DNA from: Polymyxa betae A26-41
Lineage: Eukaryota; Protista; Endomyxa: Phytomyxea
NCBI GenBank assembly: GCA_003693705.1
Contig: RBZT01000423.1
Location: forward strand, 118,114-182,113
Direction of reading: 5' to 3'
Length of the DNA: 64,000 nt
How positions within the stretch are numbered: position 1 is the stretch's first letter; each line of letters starts with the position of its first letter. The position numbers and the translations under genes are program-made. The notes under the pieces were generated by a model that was not told the origin of the DNA, made no database searches, and saw only the letters and a program-made list of their open reading frames with translations. This document shows, one piece after another, positions 56,666 to 64,000 of this stretch.

Positions 56666-57371
56666 CGTCGTCGAGTTTGCCTATCGGGCTGCTTCTTTGT
56701 TGGAACTTGGAATCTTCAGCGTGGCCTCCTTTCCTCGTTTTTGTTTACCATTGGTTGTACAGTCGCTAATGGCAAGCGACCGTGAAGTACTATTTCAGAA
56801 TCAAACAAAAATGCAGCTCGTTCCATCAGGCGATTACCTACAGGTTTGACGATTTCATCTGACTCACACCAACAAATCGACTATCAGTCATGTATGCTCC
56901 AAGAAAAAGTTTACCTGAAAAGCTAATATCCTAACAAGATGGGATTAGTGATGCAAGCAGTGATTTGGAACATTAACCGGAGTCCTTCCAATGCTATGCA
57001 ATTAGAATGAAAACGGAAATTGCGAAACAAATTGAAGGTCAAGTTGAAGCATATGAACTCTTCAATAGCACAAATAATTGTTTATGATTGTGACTTCAAT
57101 AATCTTTGGAATGGGAGGGCTGAAGTCTTGTTCAAGAAAACTGCTGTGCGCCCATTTTAATGATGTTCTTTCTACCCCAGTTCGGGTTCGGTCTTCGTTG
57201 AGCAACTGCTACGAGGTATAAGAAATCTTTTGCCCTGTGGCTTCTTGCAGTTAATATCGGTTGGACGCCATTATGGTCATGGTAGGCTCCGTATGCCGGA
57301 AACAGGGTATTGATTTTGGTTATGTATCACCAAGGGCTCCCTTTTGCAAATTGCTACTATGAATTATACAA

Positions 57372-57603
57372 TGATAGGGGGTTCATGTTTTGAAGTTATT
57401 TATTTTGATTGAAGATTGAGTGAAGGAATCACCCATCCAGGGAACGGCCATAAGCCGATTTTTATAGGAAGGATCGCAGAAGCGATGGGAGATGGCCTAT
57501 AAGATAGGTTTGCACTCGCCGAAGCGTTAGAGTTAGCGAAATTCAACCCAGAGAAAACGAAAACATACAGAAGTAGGTAATTACCACATATCCTTATATC
57601 ACA
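57372..57603 (-). mobile_element. LTR (3' LTR of a decayed minus-strand retroelement)
   Basis: On the minus strand the PPT AGGGGGGT abuts TGTGATA..., and the unit ends ...TATCA. Contains TATAAAAA and AATAAA. Confidence 0.65.
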
Positions 57604-59939
57604 ACCCCCCTAGCTTGCTTGTTTTTTTATCCTGTATCTTGATAGATCAGATGAGATATATCTACCGATTGAGAGTATCGGGTAGGATGAGGATAGCGAA
57701 GTGATGGTATGAGCCCACTAAATTATACGACTCTAACCATAGGAGCTATCATAACAGCAGAATACAAGAACAGGAAAAATCAAAGCAAAGAGGAGAGACA
57801 AGATAGGAGTAGTTGATTCAAGACGGCGTTACCCCAGTTCGGTCAATTCTGTGCTATTCTAACGGTTACCGAATGAGAAGAACATGGTACCGGTCCCGTT
57901 ACGAAGGGAGCGCCTCCTGTGGCTGCGATTCTGGCAAATGAGACATTATGGCGATGAGGATGATGAGACATGAGAAGGCGATGACTGGAGAATCAGCTGC
58001 TTCAATAACCCCTAACAAAACGTAGAGTCCCATGACATCATCTCATTCTCAAACTTAGACGACAATGCTAACCACACGGGATGCGGAGCGCCAAAAAAGA
58101 GACAGAACGTCTTGCCGTAAAAGGTCAAACAAATGCGCGACAAAGATGCCATTACAACGGAGAAGAAAGAGCATGACGAGGTGTTCAACGGCAACAATCA
58201 TTCCATCATCAGACCAGCAACCCAGTCCAGTTCATTCTAAAACACTGAGACATCAACCGAGTTTTCCCATGTTGGCCCATAAAAAATCAGCACCATAGGA
58301 ACGAACTAATGCCATGCCAATAATACTACGGTAGTTAACACCTAGCTGCTTTCCTGTTGTATCAGCTCATTCATCAAAACCTCAAACACCCAAGTAGGAG
58401 ACTAAATAGGGTGATGATATTCATTAGAAGATGGAGATTTAACTGAAATCAAGGCATGTTAAGTTAAAAATCTATGAACTTATGAATGATGACTATTACT
58501 ATCGCGGGCGATCGGATTTGCTGCAGCAGCTCGTTCACCTGTTTGCCATAATCGGCTTTTTCGATGAGACCAGCGAGTAAAAGAGCCTTCAGAGCGTCAA
58601 GCCTATCCCGGCGAGCATCTCGAGATTTTCTCTCGAGAATCCCCAGCTTTTCTCGAACGATTCTGAAGCGACGCTTTTCTTTCAATTTTAACTGGTTAGT
58701 AGGAGTAACGTGATATAGACGTTCCCCACTAACCTCTCATGCGAACTCCGTATTCTTTTCTGTTTACAAATACAACATCAGAGTCTTTTTGTCTCTCTCA
58801 ACTAGAGTTGTTTTCGCCTTCTCTCCATTAGTCTCTCCTCTCTCTCTTTGTCTGTCTATCTAGTTCGTCTTCCGACGCCCTGGTCGTCCTAAACGTTCCA
58901 AGCTTTTCCTCGAACGTCTCGGCATTTCCCGATCGATAGCCACATAATATCGGGCATGATTATTCTTATTATGAGCACGAACGCGTTTCCAGCACGGCGA
59001 AAAATACCATCGCTCCAGTCAGACCAGCAATCGCGAACGCTGGATAACGAGTGTAAAGTATCTGAAGAAAACATAAAATTGATGAACCTACTGAAATTGC
59101 CGTCCGGGCCTGGCAGGTCGTTGAGCATCTGTACTTTCATAGGCACTGGAGGCATTAAAGGTGCATTGTTCGAATTCGCGAATTATGTCGAAAAGTTAGA
59201 GAAAGAGAGAAAGGGAGAGAGGAGAAGTGTGTTAGTCGAGTAGCGACCGAAAAAGGGCTCCGATCGGGTGCGGGAACTAACCGAAGAACCCGGGTTGGGT
59301 TCCCGTAGAGGGGAAGGTTAGGTACCCGCCCCGGTTTTTCTCCCATTTCTCAATCTCGTCAAAAGCATTATTTCAATGGTCATGGTCTGATTTGTATCAT
59401 GTTGCTCTTCATGTTTTTGTATCTTTTTTAGCATCTTCCAGTTCCTTCCGCAATTTTTCGATCTCTTTATGTGCGTCTTCTAAATCCTTCTTAGAGCAAC
59501 CACAGCGGTTGCTTGATTTCTGTGCGTGATTTCTGTGCAATCACGCAGCAATAGCGCACATGTGTAACGTCCGTTGACGTTATTTTATAATTTTTCTTTA
59601 GATTTTATCTTTTGTATTGTTATCAGCACGACCTACGTCGTCGCTGGACATAGCACACTTACGCGCTTTTTGCGCATTACCTTAACTAACATACCTTAAC
59701 TAAAAACTAACATATATACATACACACACACTATTTTGATCCTTTAGATCGTGTGTCGACGTTGGTAGAGGGATCTGAGATCTCATCCCTGAGCTGTAGA
59801 GCTCTCTAAATTACCACATTGGCCAATTGGCGTCACACTACCTTGACGTCTCGCTTCACCCTTTCAAATTCATCTTCGATTTGTGAGTTATCACAATCGT
59901 ATATCTTGTTGTTTTATTTATATCTTTTTCTGCGCTATT

Positions 59940-61310
59940 ATGCCACCGAAGGCTAAATCTTCAGCGTTTGCTGATTCTAGGTCCAACGCTGTTCCGTCAG
60001 TGAGCAGTGATGATGTTCTCGCAACACAATCTATGCTGGTTCCGACTGATGATAATGAGAAGAAACAAGACGAGGATTCTGCTTCTTTGGATGATCTTAA
60101 GTCGATGCTACCTTCCAATACGGACCTTCTAGGTCTCCTGACCAAAATGCTGGCTTCCCAGCAAGAACAGATGCGTTTGTATGAAAAACAGATGCTTACG
60201 GATCGGCTATCATCAACTGCGATGGCTCCTTCCTCACATCCGATTGAAAAAGTTCAGCTATCGGATTTCCCTAAATTCTCTGAATCTATTTGTTCTGAAG
60301 AAGCGATTCAATACCTCGGTTTTCCGAAGGCGTTTTTAATGGACGAAGATATTCGTATATGTCGAGCGTTCAAGTTCTTCGCCTTTCGATCGAAATTTAT
60401 GGCTGTTTCATTGAATGTGTCTGATGCTGCTCGGCTACAGACATTGATTCTTTGTCTCAAGGGCGTGGCTCAAGATCGTGCAGTTAGCGTTGCTGCTAAA
60501 ACTGCCGATCAACTTCTGGACAAGATGAATGACTGGTATGCATCAGCCGCAGATTTGTCTTTGTTGGAGGATGCTGTACGTTCTAAACTTGAATCTACTA
60601 GACGTGGCAGGTCTGAATTATTGCCCGATTATGTACTTCCATATCGCCAGTACTGGGATTTGGCCAAAACCTTACCTGACTGTTGTGGTCTTTCTGAGCG
60701 TATCTGTGTTCGATTCTTCATCCGAACGTTATCTTCTACTGACGCCGATTTAATGGCTGAAGTTATTCGTAATAGAGGGTTCGCTTGTCAGACCCTTCAG
60801 TCTGTTTTTGATTTGACATTGGATTCAGCAAAGATTCTACGTTTGATACGTGGTGATTCTCATTCCTCTCATGCGAGAAATGGCTCTGGCCCAGTTACCC
60901 ATGATTCTGATTTGCCTTCATCAGGTTATCGTTCTAATCAAAATAATCAATGTTCGCGTGAATTTAGCGATTCTTTCAATAAGCGTCCTAATGCGAAGAC
61001 TAATCGGGTTTCTGTAACTGTTTCTGACGCTATCTGTCTGGATCTGGTAGTACCGTCGAAACCTGTCACTGTTTCTGCTTCGGACCTTTATGAAGATCGT
61101 GAGGATAATCCTGCCCTGGTTAACAAGGTGCAGCAGAGTGATTATTGTTTGAAGGAAGACGCTCATGTTACCGAATCTGTACCGGTAAGCGTTGAAATTC
61201 AAATGGGTTCTGACAGATATGGATTTCAGCATTGGTACACGATGGAGCTGATCTTTCTCTTATTGGTGAAAATCATGTATCTTTGCTTGATATACCTCAC
61301 GAAGCTATGA
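59940..61310 (+). CDS. Gag-like ORF of the Gypsy element
   Basis: Long intronless ORF starting MPPKAK, directly upstream of the protease. Capsid-like ...CLKGVAQ...ELLPDYV...FFIRTL. Confidence 0.7.
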   Translation: MPPKAKSSAFADSRSNAVPSVSSDDVLATQSMLVPTDDNEKKQDEDSASLDDLKSMLPSNTDLLGLLTKMLASQQEQMRLYEKQMLTDRLSSTAMAPSSHPIEKVQLSDFPKFSESICSEEAIQYLGFPKAFLMDEDIRICRAFKFFAFRSKFMAVSLNVSDAARLQTLILCLKGVAQDRAVSVAAKTADQLLDKMNDWYASAADLSLLEDAVRSKLESTRRGRSELLPDYVLPYRQYWDLAKTLPDCCGLSERICVRFFIRTLSSTDADLMAEVIRNRGFACQTLQSVFDLTLDSAKILRLIRGDSHSSHARNGSGPVTHDSDLPSSGYRSNQNNQCSREFSDSFNKRPNAKTNRVSVTVSDAICLDLVVPSKPVTVSASDLYEDREDNPALVNKVQQSDYCLKEDAHVTESVPVSVEIQMGSDRYGFQHWYTMELIFLLLVKIMYLCLIYLTKL

Positions 61311-62256
61311 GAGCTCCTTCTGCAATGAAAATTACTCTTGCTGATGGCAGTACCAGTTCTAATATTCGTTTTGGTTTCTATTGTGATATTGTTTTACATA
61401 CTAATGCGGGACCGCTGCTTGCGCGTAAGCAATGTTTATTCGTTGTTGAAGGTTCGTTGCCACAGCTTATTTTGGGTCGGCCGTTTCTCAAGAATATTGG
61501 GATTGATGTCGAATCTCAACTCTGTATGCTAGCGGCAAGGGATCAAGATCTGGCTAACTGTACAAATGATTCCTCGTCTGAATTAACTCATGATATTAAT
61601 TATCTGATTCCTGTTTCGGAAGATGATTCATGTGAGCATGCTTTAAACAATCTTCTCGTCGAATGCTCACGCAAAGGAGCTCCTGTGTATTTTGTTGAAA
61701 AGCTTCGTGCTTTGTTGATAGAATATAAGGATATTTTTCGAACTAATTTGGCACTTGATCCTCCTGCTTTGGTTACGCCTTTGAGTTTGGAAATGCTATC
61801 TGGATCTGCGCCAGTTTTGGCTAAACCTCGACGATTAGTCCCGGCCGCTCATCATTACGTTCGTACTCTGGTTAAAAAGTTGGTCGACTGTGATCTTGTT
61901 TTTCCCAACCCTAATTCTCGTTGGGCCTTACCGACGTTTGTTGTTAACCCCGACACCAAACAACGTATGGTGGTGGATCTTATCCCTGCTAATCGTGTGA
62001 TGGTCAAGTACTATTTCCCCATGCCTTATCTGTACACTTTGGGTTCGCATTTGGTTCAGTCCAAAGTGTTCTTTACCTTAGATGCCTTCAAAGGATACTC
62101 GCAATTTCCTGTCTGTGGGTATCTTGATATCCAAAGCTTTATTACACCAGAGGGTATATTTACTCCAAAAAGGATACTTCAGGGCAACTGTAATGGGGTT
62201 TTCGCGTTCCAGCGAGGGATGTCAGAAATCTTCGGAGATATGATTATGATTCCTAG

Positions 62257-62516
62257 TGTGTCGTTTGTCTCCTACATGAACAAAGGCTTTACAATTGAGA
62301 GCACAATTGAATTATATTTAGTAGAATTAGATTCCAGGNNNNNNNNNNNNNNNNNNNNNNNNNNNNNNNNNNNNNNNNNNNNNNNNNNNNNNNNNNNNNN
62401 NNNNNNNNNNNNNNNNNNNNNNNNNNNNNNNNNNNNNNNNNNNNNNNNNNNNNNNNNNNNNNNNNNNNNNNNNNNNNNNNNNNTTTGTCTTGAATGTGAG
62501 ACAGCCTCACTACACA
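62257..62516 (-). mobile_element. Nested LTR insertion (solo LTR or collapsed element) inside RT, spanning an assembly gap
   Basis: TGTGTCGTTTGTCTCCTAC...CTACACA termini match 63623-63946. Removing it plus one flank copy restores ...MIPNRLLVWLDD. Confidence 0.85.
62339..62483. other. Assembly gap (145 N)
   Basis: Run of N in the sequence. Confidence 1.
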
Positions 62517-63622
62517 CTAATCGTCTCCTGGTTTGGCTGGATGATGTGCTTGGACACGCTCGTGATATTGAATGTCTTCTGTCTTTATTAGAACTTGTAT
62601 TTCAAAAGTGTCGAAAGCGTCGCCTGAATCTGAATGCGACAAAGTGTCAGTTTTATTTGACTGAGGCCCTGTGGTGTGGCCATGTCTATTCGGCCGATGG
62701 AATGAAGCATGATCCTAACCGTCTTTCGGCGCTCGAAAATTTCTCTGTTCCCACCACAGCGGGCGACCTGATGCAGTTTGTTTGTGCCGCGACTTGGCTC
62801 TCTGCTTCTATTCCTGAGTTCTCACGATTAGTCTCGCCGCTTCGATCCTTACTTGAGCGCTGTTTGCAGGGTGCTCCCGTTCGCTCCAAGAAATATGCTA
62901 AGAGTATTGCGCTTCTAGATGTCGGATGGGACCAGTCTCATCACTCAGCTTTCTTTGCTTTGATTAATGCTATTCGTAATGCAACAACCCTTGCTTTTTC
63001 AAATCCTGACTTGATACCTTGTCTTTTCACTGATGCTAGTTTTTCGTTTTGGAGTATCATGATTACTTAGATCCCTGCTGAAGATTTGACGCTTCCGTTT
63101 GTCGAGCAGCGTCATCAGTCACTAGCCTTCTCCAGTGCAGAGTTCAAGGGTGCGTCTTTGCGATGGTCGATTCCCGAGAAGGAAGCCTTTCCAATCTATC
63201 GTGCTGTTATTTCGTTTGATTATCTTTTATGCTCTGACAAACATCCATTTCATATTTACACGGATCATAATAACCTCGTATTTCTCTTTAATCCCACCAG
63301 TTTTAATCTTATCAATCGCTGGAGAATTGCTTTAGAAGGAAAACGATATATTATCGAAAGTATCTCTGGCTCTGATAATGTCTGGGCAGATATCATGACG
63401 AGATGGGCAGCTTCTCGTTCGGTATCTGTCGCCAAAGTTTCTGCTTCGAATCGTTCCAACCCTTTGATCGCGCCGGGGCTTGTACAGCCTTTCGCTAATT
63501 CTGATTTTTGTTGGCCTAAGTTATTGGATATCATGTCGAGCCAGCAACAGTATGCTGTTGACTCGACAGAAATTTTCGTTGAGGGAGCAACTTTCACGTT
63601 TGCTGATCATGTCTTTAGATCA

Positions 63623-63946
63623 TGTGTCGTTTGTCTCCTACGTGAACAAAGGCTTTACAATTGAGAGCACAATTGAATTATGATTTATTTGCAGGCCCCA
63701 AGGTCTCGTCCAGGCCGGCCGGGTAGTTTCGGACTCACGGAGGCCGGAAGGTGACACTACGGTGACTCACGCAGTTTCCGCCGCCACTGGGCCCCCAGTG
63801 GCGATTTGGCCCTTTGGGTGTCTTTCACAGTGGCCCTAGGGTTTTCCACGGACTCGTTCCGATGGATTAATATACTGGATCAATCAGTGACATCGATTGA
63901 CTCAGTTTGTCTATTTGTCTCTAATGTGAGACAACCATACTACACA
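63623..63946 (-). mobile_element. 3' LTR (324 bp) of a second, antisense LTR retrotransposon continuing beyond the window
   Basis: TGTGT...ACACA termini. The minus-strand PPT GGGGGAGGTAG (63947-63957) abuts the LTR. Homologous to 62257-62516. Confidence 0.85.
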
Positions 63947-64000
63947 CTACCTCCCCCAAGGCATGTTCACCTTGCGACTAATATTCATAGCTAATCCGCT

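Larger units (their letters stand above)
59561..63622 (+). mobile_element. Ty3/Gypsy LTR retrotransposon, decayed and interrupted (5' boundary approximate)
   Basis: Gag-like ORF followed by PR-RT-RNaseH in Gypsy order. Putative LTR ~59561-59761 and PBS-like TGGTAGAGGGAT at 59763. Confidence 0.85.
61214..63622 (+). pseudogene. pol (aspartic protease, RT, RNase H) pseudogene
   Basis: ALVHDGADLSLI and ILGRPFL; LDAFKGYSQF, QG, WLDD; FTDAS, KEAFPI, YTDHNNL, NVWADIMTRW. Frameshift from gag at ~61214-61230, in-frame TAG at 63068-63070, and LTR insertions. Confidence 0.9.

Noticed and set aside
59711-59731. (TA)/(CA) microsatellite
   Set aside because: Short low-complexity tract inside the putative LTR; not informative.
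61200-61240. Programmed -1 gag-pol frameshift
   Set aside because: No canonical slippery heptamer, the shift falls within the protease N-terminus, and other lesions show the copy is dead.

Overview
Compact, gene-dense eukaryotic nuclear DNA (roughly 45% GC by eye) with many very short (~45-60 bp) GT-AG introns and intergenic spacers often under 250 bp. The ciliary gene CFAP298 indicates a flagellated organism. The architecture fits a phytomyxean/plasmodiophorid protist, but that is an inference. Positions 1-56.4 kb carry about 30 genes: SENP/Ulp1 SUMO protease, USP22/Ubp8, P4-ATPase flippase, CFAP298, PEX10, TRAP-alpha, BTB-BACK, EF-hand proteins, RasGAP-PH, ESS2, SLC35E, ATAD3, CWC15, anamorsin/DRE2, DEG15/TYSND1 with a PTS1 (-CKL), an EGF membrane protein, a TMX-like thioredoxin, an ankyrin protein, a BIG-type Sec7 ARF-GEF, VPS20, a bZIP and several orphans. 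Positions 57-64 kb are a retrotransposon nest: a decayed Ty3/Gypsy element with an atypical WLDD reverse-transcriptase motif, interrupted twice by antisense LTRs of one second family, plus an older LTR remnant. The most promising leads are an intronless DUF3846-like gene (prokaryote/phage-type, possible horizontal transfer), the WLDD Gypsy nest, TGACG clusters upstream of the bZIP gene and a shared GTAACGTAA promoter motif. No CRISPR array, rRNA or tRNA was seen, and I cannot support a wholly new multi-gene system from sequence alone. Multi-exon coordinates were inferred by hand and outer boundaries may be off.
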